A DNA stretch of 64,000 nt from Eubacteriales bacterium (GTDB taxonomy: Bacteria; Bacillota; Clostridia; Oscillospirales; QAKW01), in contig JAZUNB010000057.1 of the NCBI GenBank assembly GCA_045603925.1, positions 123-64,122 on the forward strand, in the 5' to 3' direction. Positions within the stretch are counted from its first letter, which is position 1, and every line of letters begins with the position of its first letter. The translations under genes were made by a program, and so were the position numbers. Below the pieces are notes generated by a model. That model made no database searches and was not told the origin of the DNA. It worked only from the letters and a program-made list of their open reading frames with translations. Below are positions 28,774-38,917 of the stretch, piece after piece.

Positions 28774-30411
28774 ATGATTACAGGTAAACAGTATTGCGAG
28801 ATGATCATCTCCGGATGCAATCATATCAGCAATCAGAAAGCAGCCATTAATGCGCTGAATGTCTTCCCCGTTCCCGATGGAGACACCGGCACCAATATGA
28901 CCCTGACCATTACTGCCGCCGCCCGCGAGCTGAAGGCCATGGGCGATTGCACTGTTTCGGAAGCGTCCGACCGCGCCGCAGGCGCCATGCTCAAGGGCGC
29001 AAGAGGCAACAGCGGCGTCATTCTTTCCCTGCTCTTCCGCGGAATTTCCAAGGGCTTTAAGGGCAAGGAGACCGCCACCGCCCGTGATTTCTCCGTGGCT
29101 ATGGCTGAGGGTGTGAAAGCCGCTTACCGCGCGGTCATGAAGCCCACTGAGGGTACTGTACTTACCGTATCCCGCGTGGCGGCCGAGCGGTTGGCAACCT
29201 TTGTGGAAAAAGGCGAGGTCTCTTTTGAAGAAGCCTTGACCTATTATGTGGAGCAGGCCAACGCTGTTTTGGCGGAGACCCCCGAGATGCTTCCCCAGCT
29301 GAAGCAGGCAGGAGTGGTCGATGCCGGCGGTAAGGGCTTCTGCGTGGTCATGGAGGGTGCGCTCTCCGCTCTGAAGGGTCAGCCCATTGAGCCTCAGGAG
29401 GAGCAGACCGCCATCAACATCAACGATCCCATTGTGGACGAGATGGCCATGCGGGAAGAGGATATTAAATTCACCTACTGCACCGAGTATATCGTCACCG
29501 TGGATGAGACTGCCAAGAAGGATAACCCTGCGGATCTCCGCAGTTATCTGGAGTCCATCGGCGATAGCGTGGTCTGCGTGCCCGACAATGATATTATCAA
29601 GGTTCATGTCCATACCAACCATCCCGGCCGCGCCATTGAAGAGGCCCTACGCTACGGTTCCTTGGTCAACCTGAAGATCGATAATATGAAGGAAGAGTTC
29701 CGCGAGCGGCAAAAGAATCAGCCTGCGGAGCCTGCCGTTGCCGCCCCCACCAAGAAATACGGTTTTGTTTCGGTGGTAGCAGGCGATGGGCTTGCCTCTC
29801 TCTTTAAGGATCTGGGTGTGGATACCGTTGTGGAAGGCGGTCAGACCATGAACCCCTCCACCGAGGATATCCTTTCGGCCATCAATAAGACCCCTGCCGA
29901 GATCGTTTTTGTAATGCCCAATAATAAAAATATCATTATGGCCGCCGAGGCCGCCAAGGAGCTCTCCGAGGAGAAGCAGGTGGTGGTGATCCCCAGCAAG
30001 ACCGCGCCCCAGGGCGTTACCGCGATGCTGGGCTTTGATGAGAGTATGACCACTGAGGAGATCGAGGCCGCCATGACCGAGCAGCTTTCCATGGTGCAGA
30101 CCGCCCAGGTCACCTATGCCGCAAGAGATTCGGTCTTCGATGATCGCGAGATCAAGGAAGGGCAGTTCTTAGGCCTTCTGGAGACCAAGGTCGCCTTTGT
30201 GGAAGACGAAATGGAGGTTGTTGTCCGTAAGCTTTTCGAAAAGATGGCGGAAAACGGCGGCAGCTATGTCAATGTCTATTACGGCGAGGGTGTCAGCGAA
30301 GAGGATGCCAACGCCATCACCGCTCAGATCCAAGAGCAGATGCCCGATGCCGAGGTTGTTTGCCTCCCCGGCGGGCAGCCTATTTATCACTATATCTTCA
30401 GTGTAGAATAA
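28774..30411 (+). CDS. yloV: DAK2 domain fusion protein YloV
   Basis: N-terminal Dak2 motif VFPVPDGDTGTNM and C-terminal DegV-like/YloV region. Confidence 0.88.
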   Translation: MITGKQYCEMIISGCNHISNQKAAINALNVFPVPDGDTGTNMTLTITAAARELKAMGDCTVSEASDRAAGAMLKGARGNSGVILSLLFRGISKGFKGKETATARDFSVAMAEGVKAAYRAVMKPTEGTVLTVSRVAAERLATFVEKGEVSFEEALTYYVEQANAVLAETPEMLPQLKQAGVVDAGGKGFCVVMEGALSALKGQPIEPQEEQTAININDPIVDEMAMREEDIKFTYCTEYIVTVDETAKKDNPADLRSYLESIGDSVVCVPDNDIIKVHVHTNHPGRAIEEALRYGSLVNLKIDNMKEEFRERQKNQPAEPAVAAPTKKYGFVSVVAGDGLASLFKDLGVDTVVEGGQTMNPSTEDILSAINKTPAEIVFVMPNNKNIIMAAEAAKELSEEKQVVVIPSKTAPQGVTAMLGFDESMTTEEIEAAMTEQLSMVQTAQVTYAARDSVFDDREIKEGQFLGLLETKVAFVEDEMEVVVRKLFEKMAENGGSYVNVYYGEGVSEEDANAITAQIQEQMPDAEVVCLPGGQPIYHYIFSVE

Positions 30412-30443
30412 GACCGCTGAAAACGGCGCAGACCGTTGAAAAT

Positions 30444-30476
30444 AAAAAAAGACCCCCCTTGGGGGGTCTTTTTTTA
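30444..30476. terminator. bidirectional terminator
   Basis: A7-GACCCCCC-tt-GGGGGGTC-T7, between convergent yloV and the adhesin gene. Confidence 0.8.
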
Positions 30477-33400
30477 TTCGTTTTCTGCCTTTTTCTTTTT
30501 GAAATACAATCCGATCAAGCCGCCGTTGATCACCAGCAAGGCCAACAGCAACCCAAAGGTGCTCTCCCCGCCGGTATAGGGGCTGGTGGGTGCAACCTCA
30601 TTGGGCTTGGGCTCGGGCTGAGGCTCGGGCTGGGGTGCGGGCTCGGGATCGGGAGTAGGCTCGGGATCGGGAGCAGGAACCGGCTCGGGCTTCTCAACGG
30701 GGGTCACCACCGCATTGGTCTTCACCTCATTGGCGCCCTCCAGCGCAGTTGCCTGGTTTTGGACAGTGACATCGCTTTCCGTTACCTTCACCTTGAAGGA
30801 GACGGTCTCGCTCTCCCCTGCCGAAAGATTCAGACTCCAGGTGATCTTACCGTCGGCATAAACGCCGCCGTGATCGGCAGAGCCTTCCACATAAGCGGTA
30901 TACTGCGGAATGGTATCGGTCACCGTTACCTCTGCGGCAAAATCATCGCTGTTGGTATAGGTGATCTTATAAAGCAGCTCATCGCCTTTTTTCACCTTCT
31001 TACCGTCGATGCTGACGGTAGGCTCGGCGGAAGCAAAGACCTCCTTCTTCACCAGATCCTCTTCCACAGGATTCTTCACAGCATTGGTATGGTATTCATT
31101 TTCGCCCTCCAGCACCGTTGCACTGTTTTCAACAGTCACCTTGGCTTCGGTCACCTTCACTTTAAAGCTGACCGTTACGGTTGCATCCGGTGCAACACCC
31201 GGCAGGGTCCAGGTGATCTTGCCGTCGGCATAAACGCCGCCGTGATCGGCAGAACCTTCCACATAGGAGGTGTACTGCGGGATGGCATCGGTTACAGTGA
31301 CATCCACCGGCACACTGTCGAAATTGGTATAGGAGATCTGATAAAGGAGAATATCATTCACCTCAACAGTCTTGCCCTCAATGGAAACAGTGGGTTCTGC
31401 CGAGGTATATACCTCTTTCTTGGTGATCACGCTGTGATGGGCATTGCGGAAGATCAGATCCGCTCTTCCCTTCTCGCCGGTGATCACGGTGCGGCTCTCA
31501 TCGATATACAACTGCCCTGCACCGTTGTCCACCACATAAAGGGTAACGGTATAAACATTCACATCCCAGCGGATGAGGCCCCAAAGAGCATTCTTCTTTT
31601 CGCGGATCTTCAGCACATAGGTGCCCGCGGTCTTAAACTCCAGCGTATCAAAGACCACATTTCCGTCGGGATCATTCTGCTTGGTCTGCTTTTCATTGCC
31701 GTCTACGCTCAACACAAAATCGAAGGCCTTCATCGCCTCGCCCTCATAGAGCTTCTTTGCCTTGGGCGTATAATAGGCGGGCTTGGGCTCATAGGAATTG
31801 GTGAAATTCAGCGCCTCAACCGTGGCGATCCGTACATTGGCGGCATCGGTCACAATGCGAACACCGCTTTCCTTGGCGCTCACCTTGGGAATCAGATTTC
31901 CTGCGCCGTCATCCTCCATCTGAACGGTGATATGATATTGGGTCGCGGTATCATAGGTAATTCCCCGATCGGCCGCACCGCTCTTCTCCAGGATCACATA
32001 ATAATGAGTTCCTTCCGTCGTATAGGTCTCTGCGCCGAAGGTAAAGCTGCCGTCGGCGGCATTGGTGGTCTGATCCAGGGGGCTCTTATTGCCGATGGCA
32101 AAATCCGCCTCTGTTTCATATAACTCAAAGGTAAAGACCTTATCGGGGCCGGCCACTGCGCTCCAATCGCCGTTCAGCGTCTTTTGACCGTTGAAGGTGA
32201 CCTGCGCCGCGCCGTGCGTATAGGTGTTTTCAAAGGCAACGGGAACATTCTGATAATCCGCACGGGCACTGAGAGTACCGTCGCCGTTATCGGTCACCGT
32301 TACCACTACGGTAAAGGCCGCATCCTCATCATAAGCCACTCCGGGAGCATTGCCGGGAACCTCCACCACCGCATAGGTATGAACGCCCGGGGCGGTATAG
32401 CGGATGGGCTCAAACTGAATGGTGCCGTCTGCCAGGCTATGGCCTCTGGCCGCCACATTACCGCCCTCCAGCACCAGGAAGTCAAACATTCCGTCGGTCA
32501 TAGCCAGAGGCGCGCGGGTAGCGCTGTTGATATAAGACTTCTCGCCCACCAGGGTAATGGAGGTCTCCTCCACCGAATAGGTATTGGTAAAGACCGCCTT
32601 ATCAGCATTGCCCATACCGGGGCGATACATTGTTACCTGCCCGCTCAACTGACCGTTGCCGGGATCGGTAATATTTACGGTAATATGATACTCACCGGCA
32701 TCATATCCGATTCCGCCTGCCTTATGGGAGAGATCCTCCTTCAAAACGAAGTAGCGGATGCCTTCCTCCCCGTCCTCATAATGCAGTGCCATCTTGAAAT
32801 CGCCTGCGCCGGAGACGGTCGCGGTTCTGACAGGGATGGAATCAACGATCTCAAAGCGCTCATTGGCGGCAAACAACCGGAAGGTGAAATCTTGATTGGT
32901 CACCGCCGACCAGTCGCCCCGCAATTCCTTTGCGCCGTTGATCTCCACATCTACCGCCTTTGCGCTGTAGGAATTGAGGATCTGAAGGGTTGCGGCATTG
33001 GAGGAGGGGGTCACGATCAGCACGCCGTTTTCATGGCGGACCGTTACGGTAACGGTATAAACATTGGGATCATGCGTCACGCCGCCCTTCCCGCTATGGA
33101 GTTCTTTTACATAATAGGTATAGGTCTTCTCGGCGTAATCAACGCCCAGATCGGCAGGGGTATAGGAAATGGGAGAGAAGGAGAAGGTTCCGTCTGCCCG
33201 ATTGCTTACTGCTTCGATCCGATCGGTGCAGGAAGCATCCCGATAAAGACCGATGGTGAATTCTCCTGCCGCAAGGCTTCTGCCTGCCAGCTTCTTTTCG
33301 CCGCCGATGGTAACCTCACCAAAGCCGGTCACGGTATAGGTGTTGACAAAATCTGCGGCGTTGACCGAAGCCATCTCGCCCAGCTTATGGATCACTGTCC

Positions 33401-36400
33401 GGGCCGAGAGCCCCCCCGCACCGTTATCGGTAACGGTTACGGTGATATGGTATTCGGCGTTATCATAGGTAACACCGTTCCATACATATCTTCCGCTTTC
33501 GGGATCCAAAACCGCCCCTGCGGGGATCACCTCGGTCCATTGATAGTGATAGATCCCCACCTGCTCAAAGGTCAACCGAACCGTATCGCTCTGCCCCGAA
33601 GCGACGGGATAAACCGCGCTCCAGGCATTGGCATCGGTCAGCGGGCGGAAAGCGCCGTCGGTACGAACCAGCTTGGTATCAAAAAGCGCGCCGCTTGCCC
33701 CCAGTCCGTTGAGGGTCTTGGAATAACCGAGCTCCACCTGAACGGGAGCGAGCCGATACTCATTGGTAAACTGCGCGGTATAGACCCCGTTTACGGGATT
33801 CACCGTTGCGCCGCTGTTCAGCTCCACCAAGGTGCGGTCGGTGATGGCAAGATCACTGCCGTTGGGTGCGGTCACAACCGTATAAAGGTATACCGCAGGA
33901 TCATAATACATTCCGTTCAGCAGATATTTTCCGCTTGCTCCGTCCAAAACTGCCCCTGCGGGAATGTCTTCGATCACTTTATAGGAATGGGTGCCCGGTG
34001 TATTCAGGAAAATATTAAAGGTCGCATCCCCCAGAGCGGAGGCGGTTACGGTGGTGCCGACGGTCCCTGCCGCCACATTTCCCGCACCGTCGCTGGGATA
34101 CATCGTAAAGCTGAAGGAGGGCAGAGGAATATCGGCTTTTGCGGGATCATGGAGAGTCTTATGAACCTGCAGGGTGGTTGCGGTGGAATTCAGCTCATAA
34201 ATATTCTCAAAGACTGCCGCCACCGAAATGCCGCTGATCTGCTCGGGATCATTGGCGGTATACTGCGGAGTGGCGCTTACATGGGCCTCCTCCTGCACCG
34301 CGATCTCCAGCACACCGTCCATATCCTCATCGGTCACAATGACCGCAAATAGCGCCTGCATGGTGGAATAATCCATTCCGGGAGTATCGATCCCTGCGGG
34401 CAGCTGCTCCGAGGGCTTTACTTCGATGACCCGCAGATAATAGGTGCCCGTATCCTCGAAGGTCAAGGTAAACGCCCCCTGCTTGGCGGCATTGGCGCCG
34501 ACCTTCAGGTATTCATTGCCGTTGCTGTCGGAAATATCGGAATAGGTTCCGTCCGGCAGAAGCATCTGCAAAACAAAGGCGAATTCTTCATTGCCGCTGT
34601 AGGGAGTATTGGCGGTCAGAACCTTGGTCACATCCAAAGTCACCGGCACCGAAACGGGTACAAAGGTATCGGGATAGCGGTTATCAAACTCCGCGCGACT
34701 CTCGGTATTGGCCGTAACGGTACCCCTTGCGGCGGTGGCGTTTTGATCGCCGTTGATGTTGTCCAGCTTAAAGCCCTGAAGGGCATCCTCGGTCACCGTA
34801 TAGGCCGTTCCTGCGGGAATGCTGTGAACGGTGATGGATTCATCATTCTTCAATCGGATGGGCTCGCCGCTCTCATAAGTAAGGAAGCCATTGGCATCTA
34901 CTGCAACGCGGGTATTTTCATTGGTAAGGAAGGTATCCCCCGCCTTGATCTTTTCGCCCGAAAGCTGCACACGGAAAGTGAATTCCTTGGTAGCCATGGC
35001 GGCAGGATCGGAGGGGAGATTATGAAGGATCTCTTTTCCGATCAGAAGATCACCGTATTGATTTGGGGCATTGGTGATCACCACCGGAACCATCTGGGTA
35101 TTGGCCGCCCCATAGGCGGGGATCACCGCAGAGGCGGGGGCGTTCACAGCCTGCGCCTGCCCTGCCACCGTTATGCCCACCACCGAATAATCACCGCCGA
35201 TCTGCTCGGCGATCTGCACTCGGGTACCTACCGGAATTCCGGAGATATAGGCCGTTACATCGGCGGGCATGGTAACGGTAAAGCGATGGTTGGCCATAGC
35301 CGACATGGTTACATTGGGAAGGGCATCCCCGTTGGCATCCGTAAGGATGGGTGCCGCGGCAGCACCCGCGGGAAGGTTGGAAAGGGTGATCTCGAAGGTA
35401 TAGGCATTGGCATCGGTGATGGTGCCCTGCACTTCCTTCCTGAGGGTAATGCCGGTGGCGGGCGCTACCTTAAAGGTACCGTTATTGCCCAAGAAAGCAT
35501 AAACATCCTGCTTGGTGCCGTTTTCAAAAACAGCGGGGAAATCGGAATAGGGCAAGGTATCGGTGGTATTCTCGGCCTTATCATTCTTAAAGCGGTGCAC
35601 CTCACTGAAGATGGTTCCCGCAGGGATATACCACTGATCGGTTGTCCGGTCATACTGCGCCTTGGTGCGCAAGGTCTCTTCGGCGATGGGCATTGTTACG
35701 GTCTGCCGCGCCGTCTGATTATAGATATACCGATGATGGTAATAGGTACCGCTCGGTCGGTTGGCACCGCCCACAGGATTTCCATTGGCATCCAGAACGG
35801 GAGTATCCTCGGTGTAGTAATAGCGGCTGTTGTCTGCGGCGGGATGGAAATGAGATTCCGCCACCATGGCCGATTCCACCTCATCGGCATCGGGGATTCC
35901 GTTTTGGTTGCGGTCATTGCCGATGGCCCATTCATTGGTATAGAAGGAAACGGTACCGTCGGCATTACGGTGAATATGACCGCCTTTGGCCAGATGCTCG
36001 GCGATCTTTTGCTCCAGATTTACCGAATTAATATCGTTGCGCAGGCCCACCTCAAAGACCAGCTGCATGGGAAGAGCAGTCTCCTGACTGAATTTTTCCA
36101 CAACATCGGGCTGATCCTCCTTCAGCGTCACCTTATACTCCACCGTGGGAAGCAGGGACGCGGGGATCTTAAAGAAGACCGTCTGGTGCAGGGTAGCAAG
36201 ATCGGTACGGATCAATACCACCACATGCATCATATCGCTGTCGCCGTTCACGCCCAGATAACCGTAGGAACGGTTGGCGTAAACCGCGCCGTTGGGTGCA
36301 TCGGTATAGCCGGACTCTTTGTCCCAGAAGCCCACATAGTTTCCGTTGGCATCGGCGTACCAGCCGATATAATTGCTCCAATGATCCTCATCGGCATAGT

Positions 36401-38126
36401 AAAGCTGCTGATCCTGATAGGCATAGCCGATCAACTGCTGCGCCTGAGAGGAGGTCAGACCGGGGATCCGCTCCTTCACGGTACGAACCAGCTCATCACC
36501 GCGGGCATTGGGGGCATCTACTGTCCCCAGCGCGCCTTCGTTCATGCTTTTGGCCACGCCCTTGCCGGTATATAGAACGGTTCCGCCGTTGCCGTCGCTC
36601 ATCAGCACGCCCTTCATATCAGATACATGCATCAGCTCGCCCAGCTCATCCTCAAAGGTTACATAACCGGAATAGTTGGCGTTGCCGCCTTCAACCAGAG
36701 TGGCATAGGACTCGGCCTTCAGCTCAATCTCTCCGGTGATCTTGGTAAAGGAATCGATCAGACTCTGGGCATCGTTGGCATAATAATAAGTATCCACATA
36801 ATTCATGGCCTCTGCAGCCGCCTCGCGGCGAACGCTCAGCCCGCCCTGCCCGGAAATAACCGTCACATTCTCGCCGTTTGCGGCGGCAAGATAATTATTC
36901 CAATAGCCCACCAGGGTCTCATTGGAGCCGGCGGGATACAGGGTGTTGGTTGCTGCCTGGTTGTTTTCGGTACCGAGACCTAAGGTCAGGAAAAGAATAT
37001 CCTTCTGATCGGCATCGGTCTCCTGATAATGGGCCGCCACCCGCCCTCTCACATAAGCGGCAGTCAGCTGGGTGAGGAAGGTAATACGATCGTTGGTAGC
37101 GGTTCCGTCACCGGTGTTGGAATTGCCGATGGCGGTATAATCGGTGGTCGCAATGGTAGGGGCGCCATCGGTCATCAGCACCAATACGGGCAGTCGCTCG
37201 GCACCCGCCTGCACCTTCCCTTCGGGAACAGTGGTGTCGGTTACTGCCAGAAATTGATTCATCGCCTGATAAAGACCGTTTTGGATGTAGGTGCCGCCGT
37301 TGGCCCGCTTGGAGCTATCGGTCACCGCCGCGCCCGCCTCGGTCTTAAGACCATCCTTCACCGATACATGAATAGCGGCGGAAGAATCCACATAGGTCGC
37401 CTGACCGTTGGCTTGCCACCGTCTGGTTCCCCAATTATAGGTATAAAGGGTGGAGGTGGTGGTGGCGGCATCCACCGAGAGATATTCCTGATTAACACCG
37501 CTGTAACGCCCCAGGGGCAACACAACGGTTGCGGTTTGCGGGGTGGCCGCCTGATTGCTTTCGGCATTGCCGGAATACAGCACAACGCCCACACGGTTAT
37601 TGGTATTCTGCGCCATCAGCTTATCGATGGTGGCGTTGGTGGCCTCGATCATCGCGTTGATCAGCGACATATCGATTCCGTTGGCAGTGAGGTAATTATT
37701 GCCGTAACGCACCGTTCCCACCTCATAGGTATTATCGACCATGGAGCCCGATAGATCCAATACCAGCATGGTATCGGTAGGCGAAGAGGTATGGCCGGTA
37801 ATGGAAAGGTTGGAGGCAATGGCGGAAAGGGCAACCAGAAAATTCTTACTGTCCTTCAGCGCAACTCCCGGCAGCTCAGATGTGGCGCCGGTATAGACCG
37901 ATTTATCGGTCCAGACACCGCCTGCAAACTCGGTATCCATCTTATTGGGGCCGAAATAATTCTCCCAATTGACGGTCGAGGGGTCGGCTTTCTTACTGCC
38001 TGCCACAATATTCAGCGTCTGCTCCGCTGCAACATTCAGCGTCATGGCAGGCATAGAAGAGAGGATCATGGCAATGCAAAGTACAACGCTCAGGATCCGA
38101 TGGGTGATTTTTCTTTTTGCGGTCAT
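30474..38126 (-). CDS. 2550-aa sortase-anchored surface adhesin (vWA domain, Spy0128-like isopeptide repeats, DUF11-like repeats)
   Basis: Signal peptide MTAKRKITHRILSVVLCIAMILSSMPAMTLNVAAEQ. vWA MIDAS motif VLDLSGSM plus LVLMTDGAPT. At least eight repeats of the pilin isopeptide-linkage type (e.g. FTFELYETEADF...GTHYYVILEKSGAADRGITYDTATQYHITVQMEDDGAGNLIP). Two tandem ~120-aa DUF11-like repeats and a PEP-rich linker. The C terminus has SPYTG, a hydrophobic helix, then KKKKAENE. AAGGAGGG lies before the ATG. Confidence 0.9.
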   Translation of the reverse strand: MTAKRKITHRILSVVLCIAMILSSMPAMTLNVAAEQTLNIVAGSKKADPSTVNWENYFGPNKMDTEFAGGVWTDKSVYTGATSELPGVALKDSKNFLVALSAIASNLSITGHTSSPTDTMLVLDLSGSMVDNTYEVGTVRYGNNYLTANGIDMSLINAMIEATNATIDKLMAQNTNNRVGVVLYSGNAESNQAATPQTATVVLPLGRYSGVNQEYLSVDAATTTSTLYTYNWGTRRWQANGQATYVDSSAAIHVSVKDGLKTEAGAAVTDSSKRANGGTYIQNGLYQAMNQFLAVTDTTVPEGKVQAGAERLPVLVLMTDGAPTIATTDYTAIGNSNTGDGTATNDRITFLTQLTAAYVRGRVAAHYQETDADQKDILFLTLGLGTENNQAATNTLYPAGSNETLVGYWNNYLAAANGENVTVISGQGGLSVRREAAAEAMNYVDTYYYANDAQSLIDSFTKITGEIELKAESYATLVEGGNANYSGYVTFEDELGELMHVSDMKGVLMSDGNGGTVLYTGKGVAKSMNEGALGTVDAPNARGDELVRTVKERIPGLTSSQAQQLIGYAYQDQQLYYADEDHWSNYIGWYADANGNYVGFWDKESGYTDAPNGAVYANRSYGYLGVNGDSDMMHVVVLIRTDLATLHQTVFFKIPASLLPTVEYKVTLKEDQPDVVEKFSQETALPMQLVFEVGLRNDINSVNLEQKIAEHLAKGGHIHRNADGTVSFYTNEWAIGNDRNQNGIPDADEVESAMVAESHFHPAADNSRYYYTEDTPVLDANGNPVGGANRPSGTYYHHRYIYNQTARQTVTMPIAEETLRTKAQYDRTTDQWYIPAGTIFSEVHRFKNDKAENTTDTLPYSDFPAVFENGTKQDVYAFLGNNGTFKVAPATGITLRKEVQGTITDANAYTFEITLSNLPAGAAAAPILTDANGDALPNVTMSAMANHRFTVTMPADVTAYISGIPVGTRVQIAEQIGGDYSVVGITVAGQAQAVNAPASAVIPAYGAANTQMVPVVITNAPNQYGDLLIGKEILHNLPSDPAAMATKEFTFRVQLSGEKIKAGDTFLTNENTRVAVDANGFLTYESGEPIRLKNDESITVHSIPAGTAYTVTEDALQGFKLDNINGDQNATAARGTVTANTESRAEFDNRYPDTFVPVSVPVTLDVTKVLTANTPYSGNEEFAFVLQMLLPDGTYSDISDSNGNEYLKVGANAAKQGAFTLTFEDTGTYYLRVIEVKPSEQLPAGIDTPGMDYSTMQALFAVIVTDEDMDGVLEIAVQEEAHVSATPQYTANDPEQISGISVAAVFENIYELNSTATTLQVHKTLHDPAKADIPLPSFSFTMYPSDGAGNVAAGTVGTTVTASALGDATFNIFLNTPGTHSYKVIEDIPAGAVLDGASGKYLLNGMYYDPAVYLYTVVTAPNGSDLAITDRTLVELNSGATVNPVNGVYTAQFTNEYRLAPVQVELGYSKTLNGLGASGALFDTKLVRTDGAFRPLTDANAWSAVYPVASGQSDTVRLTFEQVGIYHYQWTEVIPAGAVLDPESGRYVWNGVTYDNAEYHITVTVTDNGAGGLSARTVIHKLGEMASVNAADFVNTYTVTGFGEVTIGGEKKLAGRSLAAGEFTIGLYRDASCTDRIEAVSNRADGTFSFSPISYTPADLGVDYAEKTYTYYVKELHSGKGGVTHDPNVYTVTVTVRHENGVLIVTPSSNAATLQILNSYSAKAVDVEINGAKELRGDWSAVTNQDFTFRLFAANERFEIVDSIPVRTATVSGAGDFKMALHYEDGEEGIRYFVLKEDLSHKAGGIGYDAGEYHITVNITDPGNGQLSGQVTMYRPGMGNADKAVFTNTYSVEETSITLVGEKSYINSATRAPLAMTDGMFDFLVLEGGNVAARGHSLADGTIQFEPIRYTAPGVHTYAVVEVPGNAPGVAYDEDAAFTVVVTVTDNGDGTLSARADYQNVPVAFENTYTHGAAQVTFNGQKTLNGDWSAVAGPDKVFTFELYETEADFAIGNKSPLDQTTNAADGSFTFGAETYTTEGTHYYVILEKSGAADRGITYDTATQYHITVQMEDDGAGNLIPKVSAKESGVRIVTDAANVRIATVEALNFTNSYEPKPAYYTPKAKKLYEGEAMKAFDFVLSVDGNEKQTKQNDPDGNVVFDTLEFKTAGTYVLKIREKKNALWGLIRWDVNVYTVTLYVVDNGAGQLYIDESRTVITGEKGRADLIFRNAHHSVITKKEVYTSAEPTVSIEGKTVEVNDILLYQISYTNFDSVPVDVTVTDAIPQYTSYVEGSADHGGVYADGKITWTLPGVAPDATVTVSFKVKVTEAKVTVENSATVLEGENEYHTNAVKNPVEEDLVKKEVFASAEPTVSIDGKKVKKGDELLYKITYTNSDDFAAEVTVTDTIPQYTAYVEGSADHGGVYADGKITWSLNLSAGESETVSFKVKVTESDVTVQNQATALEGANEVKTNAVVTPVEKPEPVPAPDPEPTPDPEPAPQPEPQPEPKPNEVAPTSPYTGGESTFGLLLALLVINGGLIGLYFKKKKAENE
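30603..30692 (-). repeat. proline-rich (PEP/PAP) linker-coding low-complexity DNA
   Basis: Encodes KPEPVPAPDPEPTPDPEPAPQPEPQPEPKP. The DNA consists of iterated GGCTCGGG-like units. Confidence 0.8.
30693..31421 (-). repeat. tandem duplication of a ~120-codon DUF11-like module inside the adhesin gene
   Basis: Unit 1 spans 31050-31421 (KKEVYTSAEPTVSIEGK...). Unit 2 spans 30693-31049 (KKEVFASAEPTVSIDGK...). Long identical stretches include YVEGSADHGGVYADGKITW. Confidence 0.85.
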
Positions 38127-38166
38127 GATGAACCCTCCTTATCGATTTCATTGGTTGATATATCGT

Positions 38167-38901
38167 TTAATGACCGGTCTTGAGCTTTACTCCATGAAGA
38201 ATGGATTCAAAGATCAATTCATTGGTCTCATCAACATAGTTTTTAAAGTCATTGAGTACCCGCCTGCTTAAAGCGCGGTAGTTCAGATGCAGTACCTTGC
38301 GCACCTTTTCCTCGCGGGTCTCCCGCGGTACATTATAAAGCATCATCACCGCGTGAAGTGCGGCGGCGATGCGCGCCTCCAGCGGTGCCTGCTCCTTGGT
38401 GGTCATAAGCGTACCGTATTCGATGCCCGAGACCAGCATCTCCGCTGTTAAAAACTGCTCCTCGCTCCAGCCCTCGCAATAGTCCTGATAGACCTCCTTG
38501 GAGCGCTCCTTATCGTTCTTACGAACGATCTCCAGACACATGGGGCTGGAATAGATCGAAAGAAACAGATCCTTTGCGATCTCACTTTCCTCACTCATGG
38601 CCGCCATGGTTGCCAGCTCCATACAGACCGCCAAAAGCGAGGTCTTCCCCCGACTGACCGTCTCCTCCACAGTCTTGCCCTGAAAAGAGCAGAGCATCTC
38701 TACCAGCACCGCCAGCATATGCTCCTTGGTGGGGAAATAAAAGGTCACATTTCCCGGGCTCATATCCAACTCCTGACAAATCATTTTAATGGTAGTATTG
38801 GTATAGCCCGTATCCAGAAAATGCTTGGTTGCAACCCGAATGATCTCCAGCTTGGTCAGGGCATGTTTATCAATTCTCGCCACTGCTTGATCCTCCTGCA
38901 T
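38167..38901 (-). CDS. TetR/AcrR family transcriptional regulator
   Basis: N-terminal HTH IIRVATKHFLDTGYTNTTIKMICQELDMSPGNVTFYFPTKEHML. It lies 40 nt upstream of, and co-directional with, the adhesin gene. Confidence 0.88.
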   Translation of the reverse strand: MQEDQAVARIDKHALTKLEIIRVATKHFLDTGYTNTTIKMICQELDMSPGNVTFYFPTKEHMLAVLVEMLCSFQGKTVEETVSRGKTSLLAVCMELATMAAMSEESEIAKDLFLSIYSSPMCLEIVRKNDKERSKEVYQDYCEGWSEEQFLTAEMLVSGIEYGTLMTTKEQAPLEARIAAALHAVMMLYNVPRETREEKVRKVLHLNYRALSRRVLNDFKNYVDETNELIFESILHGVKLKTGH

Positions 38902-38917
38902 CGTTATTTACAACTTA

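Noticed and set aside
30603-30692. Short iterated GGCTCGGG-like DNA units that could suggest a repeat array or CRISPR.
   Set aside because: They lie inside the adhesin ORF and encode its PEP-rich linker. There is no repeat-spacer periodicity, and no cas genes are in the window.
30360-37754. Very long plus-strand ORFs (587, 722, 610 and 241 aa) across 30360-37754.
   Set aside because: They lie entirely antisense to the 2550-aa adhesin gene. They are G/I/L/R-rich low-complexity translations typical of the stop-poor antisense frame of GC-rich genes. They have no SD or promoter signals, and the minus-strand protein has clear domain motifs.
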